From Paramecium tetraurelia (taxonomy: Eukaryota), in NCBI GenBank assembly GCA_000165425.1, contig CT868015.1, positions 1 through 64,000 of the forward strand: a stretch of DNA of 64,000 bases. The letters are read 5' to 3'. Below the pieces are notes generated by a model. The model was not told the origin of the DNA, did not search any database, and saw only the letters and a list, made by a program, of their open reading frames with translations. Below, piece after piece: positions 51,601 through 64,000 of the stretch. Every line of letters starts with the position of its first letter. Positions within the stretch are counted from its first letter, which is position 1. Both the position numbers and the translations under genes were made by a program.

Positions 51601-54600
51601 GTTTTAAACAGGCATAGTGGAGATTTAAGATATAGTGGCAGAAGTGATCGCTAATTTCCCATTGCAAAAGACCATTCAAATTAATTTGGCCAAACAATAC
51701 CCAGTTTTTGCTTAATGTCTATTTAGAGCCTTGCACAATATATCCACTATTGAAAATCAAGTAATTCAAAAGACACTAATGCTATTGGAGAACATTGTAA
51801 CTAATTTGAGTATGGAAGAAATGAGAGAATTCTTTGGGGATCTCCTCCAACCATTCATTGAAAAATTGCTAACCTTCCCTTCAGAATACAAAATGGCAGA
51901 CATATATTCAAAACAAGTGAACTTATTTTTGGATCCTTCCTTCAAATCCTTAAAAATATTATCGAAATTGGGAGCCTTGGTTAGAAAATCAGAATGGCCC
52001 ATCGAGATCAAAAGAACTCACACTGACAATCCCTTCATTAGAAACCAATATCTGGAAGTACAAATTGAAGGCTTGTAGTCTAATTTAAAGATCAACCTTT
52101 CTGAAACAGTAAGATGTGCAGTGGAGATTCTCCAGAATTTCTTGGAATAGCAATTGGCCACATATCTATTCAAACAATCTTCGATTTAACATAGTTACTC
52201 GATAGTAAAGATGGTGTTGTTGGGGTATTATCAAATGCCTATTTAATTCGACCATGATTTATACAATTATCAAATACCAGAAGGAATGGCATTGGACATG
52301 AAATTACAATCCCGTTAGTGTGATCAAGACTTATTGATGTATTAGGACGAGGAGTTGATCTCATCAGTAACCAAGGTATTTATTGGGTTAAGCAATTTTC
52401 ATAATATCATCCAAACCCTCACAACAGCCACATTTCACAAGATCAAAGAGGACGTAGAAAACGTTGTGACAACCTTATCTGAAATGTTTTTCATTCAATT
52501 AGCAGATGATCATTGCGAATAGATTCAACAACTCAAGTAAACCAAACCTGATTTGAATTCACTGTATGCCATGACAGAGGATATCGTAGCCAAATATTTG
52601 AGAGAGAAGCCTCAATCCATTAAATGGCTATCTCATCTCTTCAAAGGCTTAAATAAGAGGTACATGCTCACAGCTGAGGAGAATATGAATTTCAAAGATT
52701 TCTACATTCAGCAACATGAGTTCATCTGGATTAAATTACTCATGGGCAATTGTCTCAAGAAGTACAAGAGAATATTGACTAATCATATGAAAAATAACAA
52801 TGAGAATATGGCCTGGGCATATAATGTCTATTATACAGTTATAATTCGTTTGTTTGAAGAGTTCGTGTATGAGAAGTTTGGTAAGTAGACCTAATTGCAA
52901 AAGGAGGATGATCGCCGTCGAAAAATACAAATTGTTTAATGTAATTGTTGAATTATACTTAGCTTATGGAGGAACTATGATACCATCTGAGGGACTGAAT
53001 TGCAGATCCATTTCCATTGAATTACTAACTGAAATCCAGAACTTTAGACCTAAATTTGAGGATTATTAAAAATCAAATTAATTAATTGGATTACCCTACA
53101 TCCCTGACCAAAGAATCGTGGAATGCTCATTTATTTTGTTAAGATAACTACCAGAAACCATAAGAGTTGTATCATAGTAGCTAACTAGAAATTTATTATT
53201 TTAAACCCTCAATTAATTGATTGAAAATCTGAATTTTGATCATTCAAAATAACCTCATTCTCATCAGAGTACACTTATGTTATCGAATAAATTAAGAGAG
53301 TTTGTAAAGGTCATAACACAAAATTGTCTTACCTTCAAAAAGTCACTGTTATAAATATGTACTGAATTGCTCGATCATATCATTGCCAATTACTACTAAG
53401 GCAATGCTGGTCCATTATTTTATATGAACATCGGCGAAGGCATGAATTCTAGATTTGAAGAGCAAATTAAACCCATACCCTTAGATGAAATCACAGGTCC
53501 TAATTAATCTTAATTATTTTGGGTCAATATTGACTATTCAGATATCCCTACTTCTCCATACACTCAAAATACAGTCCTTAGAGAATTAGTCTTAATCATT
53601 AAGCAGTTGTGTGAAGAACAGAAAATGTCAGATATGACTGCTCAGAGATATGCAAATGGCTTTAGAATATTGGCCTACTTATTATAGAAATAAGGGAAGC
53701 ACAAGTCTGTTTCGTATAATTTATTCAAAGTGTTGTAAATTGTTGAGAATGAGCCTTCTTTGATTCCATGCATCGACGAATTTGTTCAATAATCGTTTAA
53801 GATCATACAATAAAACGAAGAAACCTATTACAAATAATCCAAACTGATTCTTACGAATGAGGAATAGCAGTAATAGAGTGCTCAAATCAATGTATCCCAC
53901 GGGTTAGATGATTTGGATTACAAGATCAATATTGAAGACATAGATTTTGAAATCAAATGGCAAAGCTATATGGTTGTAGCAGTTTATGGCTTCTTGAAAT
54001 CTATAGCTACCATCAATTACATATATCTGATTCAAAAACACCTCCAGAAGAACATCGACAAAAATCAAACATTTAAACCCGCCATCTTGGCTATGAAATT
54101 CAAGACTGTTGAGATTCTGTATGAAGGACTCTTGAGAGTTGAGTCCAGTATTAGACAGGCAGGCTATAGATATCTCCAGGATTTATTATAATAGGAGGGC
54201 ATCTCTAATGACAAGACCCTATTTGAGAATGATGATCGATTGAAAAAGGTTATGAAACCCTTACTTACATGTGTGTAGTCAGATATCTTTCATTACGTTC
54301 CTTCATTTTTGAAGTCTTTGAAACTCATTTTGAAAATATTCAGTAAGGTTTTTCATAAGGCCCTTTCTGATAAGTTGCAAACACATTTGACAAGGATTGT
54401 TTAGGATAACATCCAATAACCTTAAACCCAAATAAGTTAATTTTGTACAACTATGGAATGGTATTATCAATAATATCAATCGCAAGAATCATTGAACTTT
54501 CAGATGGGTATCATATCTGGACTGTTGAAATTATTCTAGCATCTAACTTCATAGCTTACGAATCCATCCAATGGAACCAATAATATTAATATTGTCTAGA

Positions 54601-57600
54601 AAATAATCACTGATACCAATAATCTAAGACGTAATTACGTTTTCAAAGTGTCATAAATGCAACTTAATCAATCAATTGACAAGCCTTTAGTCAAATTCTT
54701 AAACACACTAGCTGCTAACTACTTCGATGTCTTCTAGTCCTCCTACAATATTGGGTAGATCCAATAGTTTTAAAAACAATTAGAAGGAGTGAGTCAACTA
54801 TTAGCTAATCAAACTCCAATCAAGGGTCTCTGGGAGTAATTAAGGGAACGTCTCCAATATATTAAGACAGTCAGACAGGTCATCTCAGAGCCAACAGCAT
54901 TTCCTTTGAGGGAGAAATTGTGCAGAGAGAAAAGCTAATTGGCACTAAAGATGGAGCGATTTAATAAAATTATTGATGATTTGAGCTCTGCTCTGGAAAA
55001 AGGGTTGTTAAATATTTAAACTGCATTGTCCCCTGAGTTGCAGCAATCTTTTCATTAATCTTACATATAAAAATTGATAAATGTGATAAGCGAAATCAAG
55101 ATAGAGATTGTTTAATTCGGTTTTCAATTGTGCAAGAGGAATCCTTCGTGTTTGAAGAAGAATAACCATTTCCTGGAGAATTGCATCTTGAACAATATAA
55201 GGGATCTTTTGGAGAAGTAGAAATCAAATAATTAGAATAAGAAATTGTAATAGAGTCAATTACAGCAGGCTTACAATCAATTGATACTTTCCAATCAACA
55301 AATCAATAGTCTATTGAACAGACATTGCAGTATGTTAAAATAATTCATTTCATAAAACGAGGACAGTAGAGCAGCTATTCAAGGAATGCTGAGATTGATA
55401 CTGTATTCAACTCAGGATAAGGTAAAGAAGTGGGTAATGAATGTAGCTATGAATAAGTCAATATCATTGAGAAAAAGAATCATTGAAATTTGGATGGATA
55501 ATTTCAAGTTTTCAGAGGATGATCAAATAAATCAAGTACAAATGATTACTGGATATCATGTAATTTATCCTATTTTATTCCACTCCAATTAAAGATATGA
55601 TGATAAACAAAGAAATGATCTAAGTCAAATAAGCTAATTGTAATTGTTTTAGAGAATGAAAGAGATCAATGATGACTTCTTTAAATATTATGGCAAGATA
55701 TTGAGTGATATTGAGCATCATTGTCCCATGAATTTCACTTACAAATTGCCCAATAATAATTTAACAGCTAAATTGTCAGATGTGAATCATTATTACAAAT
55801 CATCCGTGATTGATATGCTCTAAATTAGTTCATATCTATTATGCTTTTAAGAACAATAATTGCCATCAGAATTGAAGATGTCTTTCCTGTAATTCGGATA
55901 TGATATGATTAATAAATCGGATAAATTGGTGGCATTCCATGCTAATTTGTATTTTAGTAAATTCTTAAAGAAGATTGGGTTGATCTAAAATGATCCCATA
56001 TCTGTCAATAAGAGATATTTAAAGATATATAACAAGGCATTGAAACAATTGGATGAGAGTGGATAATCTGAATAAGAGTTATATAGTCTATGTAAGAAGA
56101 TATTTAGTGTGGTCTTACCTTGGTTGGATCAGGTTGAAGTACAAGATCAAAAAGATTGGATTTAAGCAACTCAATAATTATTGAAGTAGGAATCCTCCAA
56201 TTTGGACTTTGAATAGGCTTAAAAGGTGAGTAGATTCTGGTCTATGTTTATAAAGAACCATAAAATATTTCACAAGCATCATGAATCATTTACAATCCAT
56301 ATCATAAATTCAATGTAATAGATTGGATTTTTCAATTAAAACTAATCTCCTCAAGTTCCAATAATCATCAATAGTTATCAGAATTATAGGAGAATAGCCT
56401 TGGATATGGCATTTCTATAGGTGGAGTGGAAGACCAAATTGATAAAGAATGACTTACAACAAAACAATGCCAAGAAGTTCCGTGATTCCTTCTATCAAAG
56501 TGAGGCTCAAAATCACGATGAATCCTTATCAAGTGAAATCTACTAGTCCTTTTTTATTAAGCAATCACTCAAAGCTCACAACATAGAAGATGCTGAACTC
56601 CAGAAAAGAGCCTTATATTTATTGAAGAAGATCCTGATAATTGCTCCTCTGACGAATTATAAGATGAATATGGAGACAGTAAAGAAGAACATTGCAAACC
56701 TGATGAACTAAATAGTGGAACCTCAACAAGGTAATTAGAATATGAGATAAATACCATAATAGCCTACTGCTTACTTTAGGTATTTCTTAATCGTATTGCA
56801 TATCCTGACTATTATTGCTGAGTTTCAACCTTCTAATAAGATAAATCAACTGTATTAACCATTTTTTGATATCATTTTCCATATGAACCTATTACCAGAT
56901 CAAGTGCAATAGTAGATGGCACCCAGACCTAATGCAGGTAGAATCCCCCCAACTCAACCCAGACAACCCCCTACATAAAGCAGGATCTAATATGCTTAGC
57001 CTCCTTAGGATAGAGGGCAACAACATTCAAATGCGTTGACTCAAGATCATGCTCCGCTTGTCTTCTCAATTTTCAATATCTTCAGGAAACTACTGAGGAA
57101 TGCAAAGGAGAATTAGAATGAGGAGAGTGATAAGTTTTAGAACCAGCTTTCCACTTGGGTGAAGGATGCCATACAGTAGCACCCTTAGTATAAGAGGAGC
57201 AGCCAATAGTAAATGAGCTAGTTCATGGGATCCAGGATTCAGACTCAAGTATTGAAGGTGAACATCTTATCAATCTTCTTGTTGAAGTTGTTCTTCAATA
57301 ATGATATCACTTACGTGAGACCGCTGTTGCCTTCCTTAAAGAGAATAGCTGAGATGTTGATAGAGTACTTGAAGCAGAAGGATAAGGGAGATTAATACTT
57401 GGACAATATGAGAAAGTACGCAATCCCTAAGAAGCAATTCAATATCAGGGAGAATGAACAATGGGAGAATGATTCTTAGAAACAATACACTCACACAGAT
57501 TTATCTTAGTATATCATGGATTTTGGATTGATGACAGATGATTTCCCATTCGGAGTCAAGAAAAGTGATGAGATGCTCTATTTCCCTGAGGATTTCCCTG

Positions 57601-60600
57601 AGAATCAGAAGATCAAGTTCCACTTGTATAGGTCAGCTCTTCAAAAGACCTTGAAGATGATAGCTTACAACTTTGATGAAATTAAGGATTAGAAAGAGTA
57701 GATCGAATACTTGCAAATGTTAATTTGGATAATAGAGTCTGTGCCTGATTATGAGTTGAAATTGGAATGCATTTCAATAATGAGGATGCTATTCATCAAT
57801 GGGATTTCGAATAGGGAGGGTTACTTGCAGGCAATATCAGTGTATCTGTCTCCAGTGAGATCATTCCAGATGAGACAAGAATTGAAGAAGATGGAGGAGA
57901 ATCTGTAATTCAAACCATCCAAGTTATCATATGAGCAGTAATTAAGTTTCTTTTTTGATCTTAACAAGTTCCAAAGTATATTCGACAAGAAGATCGATCA
58001 AAGGAGTTCTGATAGTTACGACAATCAACATGGGAAGATCTAAGATCTCAAAGTGTTCAAATTGTACTTTATTTTCTTATGCGAACTATTGTTGGTGTAT
58101 CCATTCAAGAAACAACAAGGGTCAATCAACAGTGGATTTTATCTATTAAAGAATATATTTGATAAGGGGAATGGTTCTTTAAGAGAATTCAGACGTATCT
58201 TATAGATAATCAGTAAATTGAGTACATGTTTGGATTACTTGTAATTCTTCTATCGAATGATTCTTGATATCTATGGATATACATACGATCGCTTCCTGTA
58301 ATTCGTGTTGGGAGATCCCAGTAGCAAATAGTAGGAATAACCACTTCAGACAGAAGGCGAAGAGATCATGTTGATGGCTGTCAAATTCATGATGTTAGGA
58401 AGAGGACACATGTTGTCTCCCAAGGCATTCCAGCCTACTCAACCAAATCAAATAGTTGTGAAAGTGGTGCCTAAGGATGAGGATTCCATGATGAGGGAAC
58501 AAGTGCTCAACAAATATTTGGCCATTTATTACAGGAAGAAGTACTGGTAGAAATTGTACAACTCAAGTATCAAACTATTCACCAGTGAGTATCTACCTTC
58601 CATAGTCATTTACAATCTGTCTTACATTCCAATATAAGATTAACCACAATAACCATTAAGAGAATGCATCATTCCAAGTGCAGCCATTGAATTGATGGGT
58701 ACAGCTGCTAATGTGAGCAGTCGTTTACTCAAACCCATATTTAATCAAGTTGTGCTTAATGACATCAAAACCATCAGTTAAATAACTGACTATCTATAAT
58801 AACAATCCATCTCCAATGGCACTCTTTAGACCATCTCTAATTTCTTGGTGCAACAGATTCTATCTCAAATGACTAATATTTATGACATTATGGAGAATCA
58901 GCAGACCCAACTTAATTTCAACAATCTAATTATGTGTCTTAGATAGAAGAATCTTCTATCATTAGCATAATATTTATTGGAATATATTTATTAATATTTG
59001 AATGAGGATTCATCTTACTATTCACAATTGAATGAAGACATCCTCGTTTAATTACAAGGAGTATATCAAGAATAATGGAATAAACAATGCTTATTAGGTT
59101 GTAAAGCCTTGACTGCCACTCAACCTTGGGTTAGACAATTGGTTTTAATCAATCAATTAAGAGAACCTTCATAATCATATTAATTGATCTTAAGCAATTA
59201 AGAGAGTGTTGATCAATTTTGGTTGTAATTAGAATAAGAAACCAATGAGGCTTAGGGAATTCAAAAGGAATATGATCAATAAATAATTCATCAACTATTC
59301 ACAGAGTCCTTGTAATAGTTAAATTAATGGAACACACTCAAATAAGTAGAAATGAGTAGAGTCTAAGCAGTTTAGAATAAAATAATCATGAATTTCAGAG
59401 AGAGATAAAGGGATGCTACTGATCAAGGATGGAAGGATTTGAATCAGCTGTCAGAAGTGAAACCAAACATACAACAGAATGATCTCTATTGCTATAATAC
59501 AGCCTACTTCAAACTGCTGGATTTTGTTAGAGATGAAGCATCATCAAATCAGCATGGAAGAGGTGGCAATCATGTGTTGTAATCAATTGAATAAAATCTT
59601 AAATATGCTCAAATTATCAATTGCTACAACTTCATCAAAACCCTCCCCAAACTCACCCAATCATATGATTAAACCATGGCCTCTCCATAATTGTGGGGTA
59701 ACAAATTCCTTAATTTTGTGTCTCAATTCTAACTCTACACTGAATTAGAAGAAAGTCTCAGACAATATGCTCCAACTCAACCTGCCTTTCCTGCCCAAGC
59801 CTAGAATGCTTATGATCAATTGTTAGATCTGTTATCTAATTCCTATCAATCCAGTCTCTTATGCAAAAAATACTTCTTCGAAAGACAGCCCACAAATATC
59901 GATCAACAAGAATTCACCTTCGATTTGATTAGCCAAAGGATGGTGCAATTGTAAATGTGCTTACAAAGATTCAATGGACAGTTGATTCAATAAACTAATA
60001 ATCAGCAATTACAATCAAATACAACTCTAGATCAAAAGAGTTACTAGCTGGCAGCCTTGGATTACAAGACTTTACTCTATCCAATGAGATACTATCAATA
60101 GAATGGCATCTTTGAATTGTTTGACGAATAGTCAATCCTAAAGGAAGTGCCTAAAGTGCTTTAAGTGTATGCCGAGAAAGTTTATCAATTGGAGAAAATC
60201 AAATTCAAAACAGTGAAATTCTAAGATGTGGACAACAATCAGTAGAGCTTGACTGAAATGCTCAACTATTTCACTTCCTTGCAATTGGGCACTTATAGCG
60301 CTGAAGAATTCAAAAACTACATGATTAGCAAGATAAGAAGATACAAGATGATCAATCAATTTTACAAATTATTGAGACTAGATCAATCAACTGAATCCAG
60401 CAACGGAATGTAAATTGAGGAACAAAAACTAGAGGTCATGGTGAGTTAGACAAATGAATTCTTCATTCAAAATCAAGTCAACTATTTGAAATTCTGGAAA
60501 GAAGCCCATAAAGTGTATCAACTTGCACATAAGAAGTATAGCAACAACATTAAGTTTGCACATCATTATATTCAGATAACACCCTTAAGCATGTAATATA

Positions 60601-62465
60601 AACCACAGAAATTCCCTATCACAGGCATGTACATGTTTCATATCCTTAATATCACAAATCCAACTGACTCAATCGTAACAGATGCATTCTCTTAAATAAT
60701 TGGATTAATACCCCTGCATTTATTACAACGATTCCTCACCTAATTAGTATCAACCTATCTCTAAACTCCTTGTGAATAAACCAGAAAAGATTGCTTGGAT
60801 GCCATCAACAAGTTATGTACCTTCAACCCTCTTAATAGTTTATAACTAATATAATACATAAAGAGTCTGGGATAGTGCACTGATGACAGATCATCTTAGC
60901 TTGTCAATTTCATACAAAGTTCTTCAAAATTAAACCAAAAACTAGCTTCAATCTACTCATTACGTTATCTTTTCAACTCCGTCTTCGATTAGCAAGTTTG
61001 GGATAATGTTGAAGAAATTATTTATTAATGTGGAAAAATCTTAGATTCCAAACACTTTGAAATCAATGCCAGTAATATAAATGATAGATGCCAATACATC
61101 CTAAATATCATACAAAAGAATCCTTAGATTAAAGATATGATTAAGTAATATTGGCAATTTAATGATTTGAATAAGTTATTAAAAAGTGATCAACTCAAAA
61201 CCATTCAGACGATTTATCTGATCACTTTGAAATGCATTTACGTCAATCTCTTTGGAATCAAGATGAATTTGGAAGAGGACTTCCCATTGCAATTAAGCAA
61301 TTCCATGAATTCATTGTTGCCCAAATAAATCCAAATTGATTAGTTGTATTCAATCAATGATGAGTTCCAAATGAATCAACTCCCCATGTTTGGATTGGAT
61401 GGCCAAATCAAGAGAACTTAAGCATTTGAGACCATCTATATCACAAACATGTTTCCAACCATTCATCTAATGTTCTTAAGGAGAAAGCGATTCATCAGAC
61501 AATTAGCCTTGTTAGGAAATGATGAAAAGAAGTACTTCTTCCTATTGAAGACTAAGAAAATAGAAAACAAGAAGTTCATACAATCAATTCTTGATGAACA
61601 TATATCCACTCAATTCGTCAAGATCACTAACATCTTAAATTAAAATTACAAAGAGACCAAAATCAGAAATGTGAAACACATGGTTTCCGATAAATACCTC
61701 TTGGAATACGAAAAACAATATTATCAAATAGAACCATATTAGGAAGAAACCTATAATCTCAGTAATATCTTAGACACAATCCTCCAAATACACTATCATG
61801 CCAATCCCAACAGCGATCCCTCAACCAAAATACCCTACTATAGGTAATTATATTGTAATTTTAATTTAGCTCCTAATTAGAGAAGGATCACTTGAAAAAG
61901 GATGATCTAACCAAGCACATACTAAGATTTTCAAAAACTATCGAGACTTTTGTGTAAATAAGAAAAGTGTTTGTTGTCAACATAGGGGTTCAATTCGCAT
62001 TATCCTTCACTATGGCCAGCAGTCAGTCTCCAAAATAATTGGAGAACCTGTAAATAAATTTGAGCAACGGAAACTTCTATCAAAAGAAATATCTATTCAA
62101 AGTCAATAACCAAAGACTCGCTCTATACGATCCTTTTGCTATCAGATACTCGAGGAACATTGAGCATTTAGTTGGTGAAGTCAATTTACATGCATATTTA
62201 ATACCAACATTCACAGCAACCATTATAGGCATTCTAAATATCGAGTAAGTGCATCATCCTATTCTCTAGTCTCCATGAGTACTTGAATGTTGTGTTCTGG
62301 CAGTTGGGATGTAAGGACTCGATCGAACCATTCATGAAGAAGTTGAGAGACATCGTTTACGAGAATGGAGTCATTGATTCTAAGTGCGATAGACTGATTG
62401 CCATTTCTAGGAATCTATACAGTGGATAAGAGAAGCTTAAATTATGGGCCAAAAGATGGTTCTGA
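48608..62465 (+). CDS. TRRAP: Tra1/TRRAP (PIKK-family pseudokinase scaffold of SAGA/NuA4), ~4,500 aa
   Basis: LEKDNENNAAVAIRII, HLRIDI, LIDEETIVG, FKSLKILSKLG, a HEAT-like body, IRQLALLGNDEKKYFF, PFAIRYSRNIEHLVG and the C-terminal LWAKRWF* parallel Tra1/TRRAP. Only a few tiny introns. I did not verify the frame over the whole length. Confidence 0.85.
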
Positions 62466-62574
62466 TATGTTTTTTATGAATTATTATGAAATTTAATCGT
62501 TTCTTAAAACAGATCGAAAATGTCATCATATAAATAAACTTAATATCTAATTACTAAATTTGATTTCCATAATT

Positions 62575-64000
62575 ATGAGTTAAAAATTTACAAAGGAACA
62601 ATAATTATTAATTGAAGAAATCATTAACAAAGGATACAACCAAGAAGACTTCGAGTACTTCGTGCTTCAGAAGGAACCAGAAAAAGGTACCGCAGCATAT
62701 TTCAATTAGGTCATGATTTAAGCGAATGGACTTATGGCGAATTATTGAGCATCATCTAGCAATATCAGCTAGAAAGTATTCCTTACAACATAAATTAAGA
62801 ATAAGACCAATTACAGGTCTAAACCCCATTGATAGAACCTGAATCTCCAGAGATCATAGGCTCCTTTTCATTTATTGAAAAGGAAGTATATGCATAAAAT
62901 TAAAAATAAGAAGCTATCAAAATTGTACATCTTCACTTATTATATAATTAGAATGATAAGATGCATATCTTACCATACGAAAAAACTATTAAATGCAAAC
63001 AACTATATTTTTTTATTGATGAAAATGTGGAGTTGTAATTTGAAATCAGCGCGTAATTTTCAGAGTATTACTTTAGACCAATCGAAGAGAGAGGAGGAAT
63101 CCTAGATTTCTTTTCAAAATAGATCGTGTTTCCCATTTAAGTTAATCCAATGGAATGGAAGATCAAGAGAACCCTTTAAGATTTTGCCCAATTGAGAAAT
63201 GTACTTTGTGCAGCCTTTCCAGAATTCATTGTATTATTATCATCTACTCTAGTTACCCTCATTTCCATACAAAGACATTGATGACTACGATATAATCATG
63301 AAGGAGCAGTAGAACATAATAAAAGTGCTTACTGTATTATCGATATTTAAATTCACAGATTTTCCTGTAAATCTACAATAAGAAACCTATCATCAGAACC
63401 ATAGCTCCCAGTTTGCATTTCCTGAATGAAACCAATCCCAAATAATTCTAATCAAAGTTTTACAATCAGTAAACTTTCATTAAGTAATATAATCTCAATC
63501 AAAAATAATCAAAGACAGGAACGCTATCAGTTCAATTCAATTAGAATCAATACCAAAAATACAAAGATTACTACTCCTATCTTAATTCAGAATAGGCAAA
63601 TTATGATATTATCTAAAAACATTTGGAATAATTTGCCGAATTCACTTACAAAGGGCAATAGAACTTGGGGTTTTCAATTGAAATGATCCAACAGTTATGC
63701 GTTTCACTTCCTCAATACTTTGAAGCCTAAGAATTTGGAAAAGCCTTGAGCATGATTAAGTCTCACTTTGTAACATCGATTATCATTAATCTAGTAAACC
63801 TAAAAAGACTTTATCTTGAGATCCACCAAACAAATAATGGATGTGTTGTTGATTACACTTGTGAAATTCAAGAATTCTAGATAATAACTCTTCGAATTGA
63901 AATCAAATCTCAATGAGACATTTCAAAACTTTTCAAATGAGTTCTTTCTCTTAGAAAAACGAAAAGAAGAACTATTCACATTAAGTTGATCTTTTCTTAT
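62575..64000 (+). CDS. PX-domain (sorting nexin-like) protein, truncated by the window end
   Basis: ATG 62575 and many tiny introns. NPMEWKIKRTLQDFAQLRNVLCAAFPEFILPSFP fits the PX pattern WxVxRRYxDFxxLRxxL...P..PxxP; helical sequence follows. Confidence 0.7.

Noticed and set aside
52854..53069. Apparent frameshift inside Tra1/TRRAP
   Set aside because: Explained by a 22-nt intron (gtaattgttgaattatacttag).
33404..62465. Functional cluster of gene-expression factors (CNOT11, SNAPC3, TRRAP)
   Set aside because: They are interspersed with unrelated genes on both strands, and nothing in the sequence indicates co-regulation.

Overview
Eukaryotic, AT-rich, gene-dense DNA of a ciliate, almost certainly a Paramecium macronuclear scaffold. 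Genes read through only if TAA/TAG = Gln and TGA is the sole stop, introns are 20-30 nt (GTA...TAG), and intergenic spacers are often under 100 bp. The supplied standard-code ORF track is therefore mostly fragments or antisense noise; all calls here come from manual retranslation. Left to right: a ~9.4 kb Cys-periodic surface-antigen-family gene (minus strand, running off the left edge, ~10 frameshifts); ~4.6 kb of decayed AT-rich DNA with a 150-N gap; an HSF-type transcription factor; a class I cyclic-nucleotide phosphodiesterase; a divergent ATG8; several hypothetical genes (one with an 87-bp tandem array); casein kinase I; a PGPG-repeat protein; a MORN/poly-Q protein; CNOT11; SNAPC3; two tandem anoctamins; a Sec6-like gene; a coiled-coil gene; a ~13.9 kb Tra1/TRRAP gene; and a PX-domain gene cut by the right edge. 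I saw no tRNA, rRNA, CRISPR array, transposon or telomeric repeat, and no clearly new multi-gene system. The best lead is the anoctamin pair: one copy keeps the canonical Ca2+-binding glutamates and the other has two of them changed to lysine. Next are a PDE whose invariant Gln is Glu and the insertion-biased frameshifts in the surface-antigen gene.
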